From NCBI GenBank assembly GCA_964590105.1, contig CAZPYM010000003.1, positions 8,179 to 72,178 of the forward strand: a DNA stretch of 64,000 bases. Reading direction: 5' to 3'. The first letter of the stretch is position 1; the number at the start of each line of letters is the position of its first letter. Under the pieces are notes generated by a model. It saw nothing but the letters and a program-made list of their open reading frames with translations. It ran no database searches and was not told the DNA's origin. Shown piece by piece: positions 25,478-35,615 of the stretch. The DNA comes from an uncultured Gammaproteobacteria bacterium (GTDB taxonomy: Bacteria; Patescibacteriota; Patescibacteriia; UBA11705; JABHMO01). The position numbers and the translations under genes were made by a program.

Positions 25478-26515
25478 ATGGCCAGAATTATTTACAGTTT
25501 GGCCGGCCAAGGCGCCGGGCATGGCTCCAGATCAAAAGAAATAATTACGCATCTGATCAGTCGGGGGCATGAGCTGAAAATTTTGTCTCATAATCAGGGG
25601 TATGATTTGTTGAAAAAGTTTTTTAAGGTTGAAAAGATTTTTGGTTTAACTTTTGATTACCGCCACAACAAAGTGCGCATCTTGCCGACGGTGTATAAGA
25701 ATACTCTGTGTCTGCCGGAGGCCAGGGTCAGTTTGCAAAAGATTCTTAAACTGATTAAAAGTTTTAAGCCGGATTTGATTATTACTGACTTTGAACCGCT
25801 GTCTTGTATTGCGGCAAATTTAAAAAATATTCCCCTGATTTCCATTGACAATCAGCACGTCTTGACTGATACGGTTGTTCAATATCCGCGTCAGTATAAA
25901 AAAGACGCCACCTTGGCTAAAACAGTAACAAAGTTAATGATTTTCAATACCAAAATAAATTTAACAACTTCTTTTTTTAAAGCTAAGGTAAAAAATAAAA
26001 AAACTTTTGTTTTCCCTCCGATTTTGAGAGCAGAAGTTTTGCGAGCCAAATCAAAACAGGGTGATTATGTCTTGGTTTATGTTACTTCGCCAATGGACAA
26101 TCTGGAACAGTTATTACAAAAAATTAATTGTAAATTTATTTGTTATGGTTTTAATAAAGACGGAAAGGACGAGAATCTGATTTTTAAGCAACCAAACAAA
26201 GAACAATTTTTTAAGGATTTGGCCAATTGTCGAGCGGTAATCGCGAGCTCAGGTTTTACTTTGATCGGTGAAGCGTTGTATCTGGGGAAACCCTATCTGG
26301 CTTGTCCAGTCCAGGCGCAGTTTGAACAAATTTTCAATGCCTATTATATTGATAAGTTGGGTTATGGCAAATATGTAATCAAATTGGAACAGCCGGCAAT
26401 TGAGAATTTTTTAAAAAACATTGCGAAATACAAGCAAAATCTGAAAAAATACCCCCGGCAAGACAATAGTGAAATCTTGAAAAAGGTTGATCAGATTGTC
26501 GCGGCTTACAGTTAG
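25478..26515 (+). CDS. glycosyltransferase (GT28 / MurG-like fold)
   Basis: N-terminal 'GQGAGHGSRS' Gly-rich loop and C-terminal 'ASSGFTLIGEALYLGKP' (MurG/GT-B C-terminal motif). Confidence 0.6.
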   Translation: MARIIYSLAGQGAGHGSRSKEIITHLISRGHELKILSHNQGYDLLKKFFKVEKIFGLTFDYRHNKVRILPTVYKNTLCLPEARVSLQKILKLIKSFKPDLIITDFEPLSCIAANLKNIPLISIDNQHVLTDTVVQYPRQYKKDATLAKTVTKLMIFNTKINLTTSFFKAKVKNKKTFVFPPILRAEVLRAKSKQGDYVLVYVTSPMDNLEQLLQKINCKFICYGFNKDGKDENLIFKQPNKEQFFKDLANCRAVIASSGFTLIGEALYLGKPYLACPVQAQFEQIFNAYYIDKLGYGKYVIKLEQPAIENFLKNIAKYKQNLKKYPRQDNSEILKKVDQIVAAYS

Positions 26516-26519
26516 CAAT

Positions 26520-27599
26520 ATGAGCGAATATTTAGAATTAGCCAGACAATTAATGGCAGTCCCTTCGGTGACACAAGATCAAGCCAAAGTAAAACTTTGC
26601 GCGCAAATTATTATTGATTATCTGGGGCCTGATTTTCAAGTTCAAACAGTTGAGTCCGAAGGATTTACTTCATATGTTGTCAGTCGACATCTAATCAAAG
26701 ACTTTGACGTATTTTTATATGGTCATTTGGACGTGGTTCCTGGCGATGTTAATAGCTTTAATCCCAAAGTTAGTGATGAAAAATTATTGGGTCGTGGCGG
26801 ATTTGACATGAAGGCAGCTACTGCGGTTGAAGCTGAATTAATTAAAAAAGTTGGCTTGAATAATTTAAAGGTTGCTTTAGTTCTAGTTCCGGATGAAGAA
26901 GTGGGCGGACAGAATGGTTTACGCAAAGTGCTGGAAGCCGGCTATACGGCCAAAGTTGCGATCGTGCCGGATGGCGGTTTTGGCGACAGTATTGTGATTG
27001 CGGAAAAAGGCGTTAGTATTTACAAATTAAAATCTCGCGGCAGTGGTGGCCATTCTTCCAGGCCTTGGGAAGGTGAAAATCAAATTGAAAAGCTATATCG
27101 AGTTTATCAGACGTTATTAAGTGATTTGACAATAAAAAATGATTATCAGGATTTTGGTTTGACCGTCAACCTGGGAGTTATGCGAGGTGGCGATAAGTTT
27201 AATTCAATTCCCGAGTGGGCTGAAATGGAGCTGGACTTTCGTTATTATTCTGAGGAAGATAAAGCGAGGATTGAAAATTATTTTACTGGAATGAATGATC
27301 AGGGCATTGAGTATGAAAAGGGTGTTGAGGCGGATATTTTTAAGATTGCGCCTGAAAATAAATTTTTGCAGATATTTAAACCGATAGCGGAAAAACATTT
27401 TGTTAAAGAATTGCCATTTACTAAACAATTTGGCTCTTCCGATGCTAGGTATTTTTCAGCTTATAATATTCCGGCAATTAACTTCCAGCCAACGGGCGCG
27501 GATAACCATAAAAAAAATGAATGGGTCTCTCTCTTGGGTTTAAGCCGATTTTATCAGACCGTGCAAGATTTTTTATTGCAATTAGACAGTTATGCTTAA
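26520..27599 (+). CDS. M20 family metallopeptidase (ArgE/DapE-like)
   Basis: 'LYGHLDVVPG', 'PDEEVGG' and 'GGHSSRPW' are M20 metal-binding motifs. The ATG at 26520 is chosen, directly after the upstream stop. Confidence 0.7.
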   Translation: MSEYLELARQLMAVPSVTQDQAKVKLCAQIIIDYLGPDFQVQTVESEGFTSYVVSRHLIKDFDVFLYGHLDVVPGDVNSFNPKVSDEKLLGRGGFDMKAATAVEAELIKKVGLNNLKVALVLVPDEEVGGQNGLRKVLEAGYTAKVAIVPDGGFGDSIVIAEKGVSIYKLKSRGSGGHSSRPWEGENQIEKLYRVYQTLLSDLTIKNDYQDFGLTVNLGVMRGGDKFNSIPEWAEMELDFRYYSEEDKARIENYFTGMNDQGIEYEKGVEADIFKIAPENKFLQIFKPIAEKHFVKELPFTKQFGSSDARYFSAYNIPAINFQPTGADNHKKNEWVSLLGLSRFYQTVQDFLLQLDSYA

Positions 27600-29523
27600 T
27601 CAAAGGAAAATAACAATTGCGACGATTTTTTATCTTATATTACTTTTTCTTAATGTGATCTATTTTTTTATTTATTTTTCCCTACTTAATTTGCCGTTCA
27701 ATCTATTGCAATTATTTTTTATTGTAATCTCTACAGCCAGTTATTTCCTGTTGCTAAGTTTTTTGCGTCATCCGCTGTGGCAGGCAGTCTGCTATGGCGT
27801 GGCGTTCATGCTGTATATCTCTTCCCTAGCAAATTTTGCCTATTACCAAGTATTTCGAGCTTTTATCGATTTTAGTTTGAATCAAGCCGGGCAACTTGGC
27901 TCAGGCGGAATGATAAATCAGTTAAAGGATTTTTACTTTTTAGTCCCAGCAAAACTGTATTGGTTTTCCGCGATCATATTTCTGAGTGTTTTATTTAATT
28001 CAGTGCTTTATCTAAAGTTTTCCAGCCGAGAAGTTGAAAAGTTTTTGTTTAATTTTTCTTGGTGGACGGTAGTTTCAAAAAAAGGACCGCGATCCGCGCG
28101 ACAAATATTGGTTTTGGTGATGCTTTTTTGCGCTGTTAATTTAATGGCTTTCGGCGCTTCGTCATATTTGTATAATAATCCGCGGGAGACCTGGTGGGAT
28201 CTCAAAAATCAGTTTTCAGATTTGGGCTTTTTGGGATATTTTTACACGCAGGTTTACGCCAAGTCAGGGGATGAAGAAAAAGTAGCGGCTGATTGTAGTT
28301 ATTTCGAACAAACAAAAGCTGACTATGCCATGATGGCTGATCTTGGCGGGGGGGCGGGCGAGAGCCTGACTTTGCCGGCTTATGACAGCCCGCCGAATAT
28401 TTTGGTTATTCAGTTGGAATCGGCCGGCAGTTGGGCGATCGAAAACAATCCTTCGCCAATGCCATATTTGCGGGAGCTTATGAACAACAATGTTTCATTT
28501 GAAAATTTTCAGGCCAATAGCTGCGAAACAGTCAATGCTGAATTTAGTTCTTTGTGCAGTTTTTGGCCCAATTCATATGAGCCGGTCGGCTATTCTCATC
28601 AGAAAAATGATTATAATTGTTTGCCGAGAATTTTGAAACAAGATTATGGGTATGAAAGTTATTATTTCCATTCTGATACGCCGGAATTTTGGAATCGCGA
28701 TGTCCTGATTCCAAAGTGGGGATTTGAAAATACTTTTTTTACTCCATATTTTAGACAGAAGCAGGATGACGCAAGCGTGTTCAGTCAGTCTATTGAAGTC
28801 CTGGCTGATTCACCGAAACCGTTTTTCGGTTATATGATCAGTTTCACCAGCCACTCACCGCACAATCAGGAGCTAATTGATTATCAGGCGGAGAAAAACA
28901 ATTTACAGATAGCGCCGTTCAAGGGAAAACTTGATCCGTGGCTTATAGAAAACTCCGAATTGTCGGAAAAGGAAATTCGTTTGTATTTTGGATTCTTGCG
29001 CTCGGTTGACGACGCTCTCAAAATTACCTTTGATAAATTAGAACAAAAAAAATTACTGAAAAATACAATTGTTATTATTTATAATGATCATCGGTATTAT
29101 AGCTTTAAAGAGGATGAACAATTGGCCGCGTTCAAGGCGTACAATCGGAGCCCTATGGTGATTGTTTTCCCGCATGGCCGCCGGCAGAAGATCAGCGCGC
29201 CGGTTTCCCATCTGGATATTGCTCCGACAATCCTGAATTTGATTGAAGGCGAAAATTATCAGCCGCCGGAAAATTTTTTGGGCGCGAGTTTGTTTTCAAC
29301 CGACCGTCCGGCGCAGATTTTAAACAAATGTTTAGGGCAAATTTATTTTGTTAATGATAATCTGATCATTGCGGGTAGCGCCAAAGCAGATAGGTATCAG
29401 ATTCTGGATTCAAAAAAAGAATTGCGTGGGATTGAAAAAGATCGTTGGCTTGATTTAATTAGTGAGCTGGTAAAAGATAGCGACCAGGCTATTTACAATA
29501 ATGAACTCGTGGTGGAGGATTAG
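27592..29523 (+). CDS. LTA synthase / sulfatase (alkaline-phosphatase superfamily) membrane protein
   Basis: About five N-terminal TM helices, then 'VIQLESAGSW' and 'FTSHSPH' sulfatase-domain motifs. 8-nt overlap with the upstream gene. Confidence 0.65.
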   Translation: MLNQRKITIATIFYLILLFLNVIYFFIYFSLLNLPFNLLQLFFIVISTASYFLLLSFLRHPLWQAVCYGVAFMLYISSLANFAYYQVFRAFIDFSLNQAGQLGSGGMINQLKDFYFLVPAKLYWFSAIIFLSVLFNSVLYLKFSSREVEKFLFNFSWWTVVSKKGPRSARQILVLVMLFCAVNLMAFGASSYLYNNPRETWWDLKNQFSDLGFLGYFYTQVYAKSGDEEKVAADCSYFEQTKADYAMMADLGGGAGESLTLPAYDSPPNILVIQLESAGSWAIENNPSPMPYLRELMNNNVSFENFQANSCETVNAEFSSLCSFWPNSYEPVGYSHQKNDYNCLPRILKQDYGYESYYFHSDTPEFWNRDVLIPKWGFENTFFTPYFRQKQDDASVFSQSIEVLADSPKPFFGYMISFTSHSPHNQELIDYQAEKNNLQIAPFKGKLDPWLIENSELSEKEIRLYFGFLRSVDDALKITFDKLEQKKLLKNTIVIIYNDHRYYSFKEDEQLAAFKAYNRSPMVIVFPHGRRQKISAPVSHLDIAPTILNLIEGENYQPPENFLGASLFSTDRPAQILNKCLGQIYFVNDNLIIAGSAKADRYQILDSKKELRGIEKDRWLDLISELVKDSDQAIYNNELVVED

Positions 29524-29664
29524 TGATTAGTGAGTTTCGACTTACCACCTGCCACTTATTACTCAAAGGTCCCGCAAGTCGGGTTTTCTTTCTTGTGTGT
29601 CCGGTTTTTGATTCGCCACTTATCTTCTGTTATGATATTAGTAATTATTTATCACTCTTAACGT

Positions 29665-30681
29665 ATGTCATTGACTCTAAAAGAAAGAAAGATTTTAAAA
29701 TCCATTATCGTGGCTTCGGAAAATAATCCGCGAAAGCCGGAGTTTCCGCCCGATGATCCGAAATTTCCCGCTACGCCGACTTATAAAATTAAAGTTCCGG
29801 GCTTTACAAACGTTTGGCTGAAAGATGAAAGCAAAAATTTGACCGGCACGCACAAGGATCGCATGGCGTGGGAAATGGTGGTAACATATAAAGAATTTTT
29901 AAGCGCCAAGCAAAAAGGCATTATTGGCAAGCTGCCGGAATTGTCAATTTTAAGTTCCGGTTCAGCTGCTCTGGCCATCCAAACTCAACTCCGAAAATAT
30001 GGCTTGCCGGACTTGCGCGTTTTAATGGATTTGCACGCAGATCCGAAGATTTTGAAAAGTTTAAAAAAAATCGGATGCAAGATGTTTCTAAAAGATTTGG
30101 TGCGCGGTATATTAATGTGGGAACAAATTTTGAAATACACGAAAAACAAAAACGGTTTTGATATTACCTCCAATGAAGCGTATGATCCGACGATCAGATT
30201 TTATGATTGGTTGAGCTATGAGATTATCAATAGCAAAGCTGAGTATGTTTTTGTGCCGTTCGGCACGGGCCAGCTTTATGAAAATATAATGAACATCATC
30301 AAGCGCGAATTGGGGTACAAAGTTCACGACCCGAGATTTCAGGGCCGATTAAAAAATTTGGAGCGGACTTCGATCCTCGGCGCCACTACGAGTAATCCAA
30401 AGAGCAAAGCTGATAAACTTTACGCGCCGTTTTTGCCCTTTGCCAATTATTCACAGCAATGGATCAGGTTTTATCGTTGCACGGGATTGACCGGCGAGCT
30501 TAGCCGGGTTTATAATTTGCAGGAAAAATATCTTGACGAAGCGATCGAACTTGCGAAGAGTCAGGGGATTGATTGCGAGCCGTCGGGGATTGCCGGTCTG
30601 GGACTTCTTTTGCAAATGAAAAATAAAATTCCGAAAAATAAAAAGATTTTGATTGTAAATACCGGCAAGACAAAGATTTAA
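29665..30681 (+). CDS. PLP-dependent enzyme, fold-type II (threonine-synthase / cysteine-synthase-like)
   Basis: 'ESKNLTGTHKDRMAW' matches the PALP lysine motif (xSFKDRG-like). Confidence 0.55.
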   Translation: MSLTLKERKILKSIIVASENNPRKPEFPPDDPKFPATPTYKIKVPGFTNVWLKDESKNLTGTHKDRMAWEMVVTYKEFLSAKQKGIIGKLPELSILSSGSAALAIQTQLRKYGLPDLRVLMDLHADPKILKSLKKIGCKMFLKDLVRGILMWEQILKYTKNKNGFDITSNEAYDPTIRFYDWLSYEIINSKAEYVFVPFGTGQLYENIMNIIKRELGYKVHDPRFQGRLKNLERTSILGATTSNPKSKADKLYAPFLPFANYSQQWIRFYRCTGLTGELSRVYNLQEKYLDEAIELAKSQGIDCEPSGIAGLGLLLQMKNKIPKNKKILIVNTGKTKI

Positions 30682-30746
30682 CAAATTAAATGATTTAAAA
30701 TGAAAAAGCCCTGGCGCGTTGCGTCGGGGCTTTGCGGTTGAGCGCG

Positions 30747-31376
30747 TTACACCCTTTCATTCCATGCCAGATCTTCCAGCCTGTCGTGGATTATCCGGAA
30801 TAGAGGCATAGTCAAAAACACATTATCCTCCGTGTGTTCGAGATGGAATTTTTCGATTCCTTCGAAAAAGCGAATCGAGCGTGTCCGCTCGAAAGTGCCT
30901 CTGACGGTCTGCGTGAGGGCTGCGAGGCACTGGTTTAGCGCATCTGTCCACGCCTTTGATACAACATCAGCATGGGCGCTGACAAACGATTGGAGCACTT
31001 GAAGTGCCCGTCCGCGGCTGTAATCGCCGCGGACGGGCATGGGCTCATGGCCGAACTCATGCAACTTGTCGCCGAGCTTGAACAGCTCGTTGGCAAGCAT
31101 GGCTTTGAGTTCGGCCTGTTCGGGAAGGGCGGCCTCGGGCCCGGCGAAGAATTTCTTCAGCTTCTCGTTAAAATGAATGTTCAAGTCGGGGATTTTTTCG
31201 TCCCGGAACTTCACTACGAGGCAAGGCTCCGACAAGATAGCCTCAATATAGGAGGTGAGATCCTGGCGAAATTGTTCGGGCAGATCTTTTCTGTCTTGAA
31301 TTACCGTGCAAAGAAGCAGTGCAGTGTCTTCGCAGTTTACCTCGCCATGAAAATTCGCAACTAAAGTGTATAACAT
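30747..31376 (-). CDS. hypothetical protein (contains HEFGH); GC-rich
   Basis: The start is taken at the ATG (MLYTLVANFHGE) preceded by AAAGGAGG, rather than the track's 31457. It contains 'LHEFGHEP' (an HExxH-like motif). GC is visibly above 50%. Confidence 0.45.
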   Translation of the reverse strand: MLYTLVANFHGEVNCEDTALLLCTVIQDRKDLPEQFRQDLTSYIEAILSEPCLVVKFRDEKIPDLNIHFNEKLKKFFAGPEAALPEQAELKAMLANELFKLGDKLHEFGHEPMPVRGDYSRGRALQVLQSFVSAHADVVSKAWTDALNQCLAALTQTVRGTFERTRSIRFFEGIEKFHLEHTEDNVFLTMPLFRIIHDRLEDLAWNERV

Positions 31377-31396
31377 TTGCGGTCCTCCTTTGATTT

Positions 31397-31738
31397 TTAT
31401 TTCCACGGTGACGAATATAAATTGTCCAGCGCCTGGGCGAAAAACTGCAAGTCCCACATGATGGTTTTGTAAATCGGCAGGTCCGGTAGTTGTTGATCTC
31501 CGAAGGCGAGTTTTTGCCGGAATTTGTGGAAAGTCCAGTCATGAATGTGCTCGGCGTATCTCATTTTGACAGCCAGTCCGGCTACATCGCAAGTCAGTGT
31601 CTGGTATAGAAACTCGTCGATCAGAAGCCGCTTCCATTTGGGAATGAGGTCTGACTGAGCAATAAAACCGGCGAGAACGTCCCATTTTTGTCTGGCAAAT
31701 TCGTCTAAAATGAAAGGCTTTTCGTAATTATGTGACAT
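31397..31738 (-). CDS. hypothetical protein; GC-rich, co-transcribed with 30747..31376
   Basis: 113-aa ORF with a 20-nt gap to the downstream gene that contains its SD. No motif recognised. Confidence 0.45.
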   Translation of the reverse strand: MSHNYEKPFILDEFARQKWDVLAGFIAQSDLIPKWKRLLIDEFLYQTLTCDVAGLAVKMRYAEHIHDWTFHKFRQKLAFGDQQLPDLPIYKTIMWDLQFFAQALDNLYSSPWK

Positions 31739-31794
31739 TTTCTTTCTCCTTTTGTTATTGTTAATGAACTTTCAATTGAGCATTATAGCACGTA

Positions 31795-31823
31795 TTGACA
31801 ATTTTGTCGAGGCATGCTATAAT
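31795..31823 (+). promoter_or_regulatory. perfect consensus promoter TTGACA-N17-TATAAT
   Basis: ttgacaattttgtcgaggcatgctataat, upstream of the TrmB-like gene. A divergent extended -10 (gTGcTATAAT) is present on the other strand for the minus-strand pair. Confidence 0.6.
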
Positions 31824-31894
31824 GGTTGTGTTATTGTGTGCGATATTACATTTAATTTTACATAATTGATTGTCGGTGGTAAATCTACAACAAT

Positions 31895-32665
31895 ATGAAT
31901 AAAAACATCAAACCATTGCTAGCAGAGCTGGGATTTATGGAAAAAGAAGCGGCTATTTACATCGCGCTACTTGAAAATGGAAGCTCTAAAGCTTCTGACT
32001 TGGCTAAAATCACCGACCTAAATCGCGTGAGCGTTTATGATCAATTGGAAGCTTTGATCAAGCGTGGGGTGGTGAGCAAGTTCAAAAAGGAATCAGCAAC
32101 TTTTTACAGCGCCCATGATCCGGGCCAGCTTTTGAATTATTTGGATCGGGAAAAGGATGAGCAAGTCAAACGAATTGAAAAACAAAAAAGCCGTGTGGAA
32201 AGCGTCCTGCCAGACTTGAAGGGGATGATGAATTTCGCGCGCAAAACGCGGCCGCAGGTTAGATTCTTTGAGGGTGAGAAAGGCATGCGCGAAGCATATG
32301 AAGATACGCTCACCTCGTCCGAGCCGATTATGGCTTTTGCCAATATCAAAACCATGCGCGAAGGTTTGCCTGGATTTTTTCCGGATTATTTCAAGCGCCG
32401 CGCGGCGAAAAAACTTTATATTCGTGGTATTGTGCCGAAAAATGAAGAATGGATTGAGCAAGCCAAACACAACAAGGAAGAAATGCGCGATATTCGTTAT
32501 TTACCCGAGGGAAAAACTTTTTCGCCGGAAGTTAATTTTTACGATAATAAAATGTTGATTGCTTCATGGAAAGAAAAAATGGCGATTATCATTGAATCGA
32601 AAGAACTGGTTGAGCTGATGAAGCTGAATTATGAACTTTTGTGGCAGAGTTTGTCAAAGGAATAA
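31895..32665 (+). CDS. TrmB-family transcriptional regulator
   Basis: N-terminal wHTH 'LGFMEKEAAIYIALLENGSSKASDLAKITDLNRVSVYDQLEALIKRGVV'. It is a paralog of the 51130..51906 ORF. Confidence 0.6.
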   Translation: MNKNIKPLLAELGFMEKEAAIYIALLENGSSKASDLAKITDLNRVSVYDQLEALIKRGVVSKFKKESATFYSAHDPGQLLNYLDREKDEQVKRIEKQKSRVESVLPDLKGMMNFARKTRPQVRFFEGEKGMREAYEDTLTSSEPIMAFANIKTMREGLPGFFPDYFKRRAAKKLYIRGIVPKNEEWIEQAKHNKEEMRDIRYLPEGKTFSPEVNFYDNKMLIASWKEKMAIIIESKELVELMKLNYELLWQSLSKE

Positions 32666-32698
32666 GAAATAACACTGACCCCACTGAAGTGGCGGGAT

Positions 32699-34003
32699 AT
32701 GAAACTCACCAAATCCCAAAATTTTTTTTGCGCCTGTTTAATCGTTATTCTGCTGGAAATATGCTGGGCGATTTTTTATTCGCCGACATTCAACGAGAAG
32801 CACATTTCTTTTTATAATGACACACAGCAAACTTTTCAGGCGGTTGTTTCCGAAGAGCCGGATGTGCGGCTGGATCATCAGAAGTTAACAGTCGAGCCGA
32901 CAGAATTGAAAGGAAAAGTTCTTTTGCGGACTCAGCTGTATCCGGAATATGAATATGGGGACTTATTGGAAGTAAATTGTAAACTGCAAACTCCGGAACC
33001 AATTGAAAATTTTAAATACGATAAATATTTGGCGCGAAGCGGGATCTATTCGGTTTGTTATTCGCCTCAAATAAAAGTAATTGAAAAAAATAAAGCCGGT
33101 CGTTTCGTTGCCGGAATCCTGCGATTCAAGAAAAACATTGAAAAGAAAATTAACCGTACTGTTGCCGAGCCGGAAGCCGCGCTGGTCGGCGGCATTTTGC
33201 TCGGCACGCGCCAGGGAATTCCGCAGAATTTGCTAAGCAAATTCAACACAACGGGAATCACTCATATTATCGCTATTTCCGGTTATAACATTACTATCAT
33301 TGTGGTGGTGCTGTTGAATTTTTTCATTTCCTTGCGAATTAATCGCAAGAAAGCGACCTGGGGAATCCTCGCGGCTTTATTTTTCTTTGTAATTTTAACC
33401 GGTGCCAGCGCCTCAGTTGTCCGTGCGGCAATAATGGGGAGTCTGGTTTTGCTGGCCGGGTATTTGGGACGCAAGGGCAATATTCGAAACGCTTTAATTC
33501 TTTCCGCGGCAATCATGGCCTTGTTTAATCCTAAAATTTTAATCTGGGACGCGGGCTTTCAGCTTTCGTTTTTGTCAACAATCGGCCTGGTGTATTTATC
33601 GCCAAAGCTTTTGAAGTATTTTAAATGGGCGCCGGAAAAATTTGGCTTGCGAGAAAATTTAACTTCAACTTTATCCGCTATTATTTTTACTCTGCCTTTA
33701 ATCCTGTTCCAGTTCGGCCGGTTGTCAATTGTAGCGCCGATTGTTAATTTGCTTGTTTTGCCAATAATCCCCATCGCCATGCTGGCCGGCTTTGTTCAGT
33801 TCATCTGCGCTTCAATTCATTTATTCCTTGGCCAGATCGTCGGTTGGTTTAGCTGGCTTTTGCTTGGGTTTGTTGTAAAGGTGGTTGAAATTTTTTCATC
33901 ATTTTCATGGGCGTCGATTGAAATAAAAATAAGCTGGTGGGTGATGGTTGCTTTGTATTTACTTTTATTTGCAGTTATAATAAGAAGAGACTTAAATAAA
34001 TGA
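32699..34003 (+). CDS. comEC: ComEC/Rec2 family competence membrane protein (DUF4131 + competence domain, no MBL domain)
   Basis: 'GITHIIAISGYNITIIV' and 'SASVVRAAIMGSLVLLAGYLGR' are typical of the ComEC competence domain, with multiple TM helices. Confidence 0.7.
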   Translation: MKLTKSQNFFCACLIVILLEICWAIFYSPTFNEKHISFYNDTQQTFQAVVSEEPDVRLDHQKLTVEPTELKGKVLLRTQLYPEYEYGDLLEVNCKLQTPEPIENFKYDKYLARSGIYSVCYSPQIKVIEKNKAGRFVAGILRFKKNIEKKINRTVAEPEAALVGGILLGTRQGIPQNLLSKFNTTGITHIIAISGYNITIIVVVLLNFFISLRINRKKATWGILAALFFFVILTGASASVVRAAIMGSLVLLAGYLGRKGNIRNALILSAAIMALFNPKILIWDAGFQLSFLSTIGLVYLSPKLLKYFKWAPEKFGLRENLTSTLSAIIFTLPLILFQFGRLSIVAPIVNLLVLPIIPIAMLAGFVQFICASIHLFLGQIVGWFSWLLLGFVVKVVEIFSSFSWASIEIKISWWVMVALYLLLFAVIIRRDLNK

Positions 34004-34009
34004 TAATCT

Positions 34010-34972
34010 TTGTTTATGACACAAGGTAAGGAGCTCTTCATGCACCACCTGCATGAAGATGTGCTAAAAAAGGGTTTTCGCGAGGCTATGAGGAGCCCTG
34101 AAGATATTCAAAATTTGCTGGCCGCCGTTGGTCTGGAAAACCTGCCGAAGGGTATTGCAGAGAGGCTAAGTAAACTTTCTGAATTAAAAGAAGGGAGACG
34201 GAACTCTCATTTTCAGGATGCTCTCGAAATTTCAGAAATCATTGACAATTTGGTGGTCGGCGATTTGTCGGAAAAGGAAATGAATGAGTTGCGGCAGGCA
34301 AGCCTGCTTCATGATGTTGGAAAGTCCGGGCCGGCCGAAGCATTGCTTGAGGAACAGGATGCTTATGTTGAAGTTTTTAATTTTAATTTTATACATGATC
34401 ATTATCAAATAAATGACAGACAAGTTGTGGTGCCTAATCTACCGCTGAAACAAGCGTTAAGAATAAAAGTTGAAGAAGGCGTTTTGTCGCAGGAAAGGGC
34501 GGATGATATCTTAAAAAAAATTCTTTCTGCCGGCAAAAGACAGAAAAGATTAAACCTCAAAACCAGTATAAACGCCACTACGCCCATGATCAAGTTTTGG
34601 TCAGCGCATGTTTACTGGACATATGATATACTCCAGGCAGAGGGAATTAAAGAAAGAGTAACTGAAGTTGCGGCCAGTCATCATTTGATTGACGGACATG
34701 ATCCGGCCGGGGTGGGATTGGAAAGGGCTGATATTTCCATTGCTTCACTCGAGATGGCTGACAAATACCAGGCTTTTCGAATAAGATTGATTTTGGCCGA
34801 CAAATATCAGGCTTTCCGAACCAGGAGCGCCAAAAACCATGAGGAAGCAGTTGCGATTTTGGAAAAAATTATTTTGGAAAAATTATTCGGTAAAGTGCAA
34901 TCGCTTTATCTCGGCGTTTTAAAACTTATTGATGAAAACAAAGAGCTTCTTGAAAAAGAGCTGGAACTGTAA
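34010..34972 (+). CDS. HD domain protein
   Basis: 'ASLLHDVGKSG' matches the HD motif, with a later 'AASHHLIDGHDP'. It carries an in-frame tandem duplication, ADKYQAFRIRLILADKYQAFRTR. Confidence 0.55.
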   Translation: MFMTQGKELFMHHLHEDVLKKGFREAMRSPEDIQNLLAAVGLENLPKGIAERLSKLSELKEGRRNSHFQDALEISEIIDNLVVGDLSEKEMNELRQASLLHDVGKSGPAEALLEEQDAYVEVFNFNFIHDHYQINDRQVVVPNLPLKQALRIKVEEGVLSQERADDILKKILSAGKRQKRLNLKTSINATTPMIKFWSAHVYWTYDILQAEGIKERVTEVAASHHLIDGHDPAGVGLERADISIASLEMADKYQAFRIRLILADKYQAFRTRSAKNHEEAVAILEKIILEKLFGKVQSLYLGVLKLIDENKELLEKELEL

Positions 34973-35034
34973 AAGCGCGAATCGTATATTATTTTTTTAC
35001 TTTCAACTTTTTAACTTTTAACCTTTAACTTATT

Positions 35035-35553
35035 ATGTCTATTTACAAAGAACAGCGCGTCGGAGTTTTAATTGATATTCAAAACCTGTATTACAGCGCC
35101 CGCGTGTTGTATCAGAGCAAGGTTAATTTTGCCGCGGTTGTTAAAGAAAGCGTCGGCGACAGAAAATTGATCCGCACTATTGCCTACGGCATCAAAACAA
35201 TGGAAGGCCTGGAAAAAAACTTTTTTGAAGCCCTAGAAAAAGCCGGCATTGAAGTCAAAACAAAAGATTTGCAGATTTTTCCCGGCGGAGCGAAAAAAGG
35301 CGACTGGGACGTGGGTATTGCCATTGACGCGATCAAATTTTCTAAAAGCTTGGATGTGATTGTCTTGGCTTCGGGTGACGGCGACTATATTCCGCTGGTT
35401 GAATATATTCAGACTACTAGCGGCTGCCGCGTGGAAGTGATTGCTTTTGCCGAATCAACCAGCGCCAAGCTGATAGAAGCGGCGGATAGCTTTATGAATA
35501 TCAGTGAGAACAAGCGTAAATTTTTAATTTCTGGTATAATAAAAAGGAAGTAA
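35035..35553 (+). CDS. NYN domain protein (LabA/DUF88-like)
   Basis: 'VGVLIDIQNLYYS' and 'VIVLASGDGDYIPLVEYIQ' match the NYN/LabA motifs. Confidence 0.65.
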   Translation: MSIYKEQRVGVLIDIQNLYYSARVLYQSKVNFAAVVKESVGDRKLIRTIAYGIKTMEGLEKNFFEALEKAGIEVKTKDLQIFPGGAKKGDWDVGIAIDAIKFSKSLDVIVLASGDGDYIPLVEYIQTTSGCRVEVIAFAESTSAKLIEAADSFMNISENKRKFLISGIIKRK

Positions 35554-35615
35554 TGTGTTGATCTATAAATAAATATAATATATCGAAGTAAGTAATTACT
35601 ATCAAATTTTAATTT

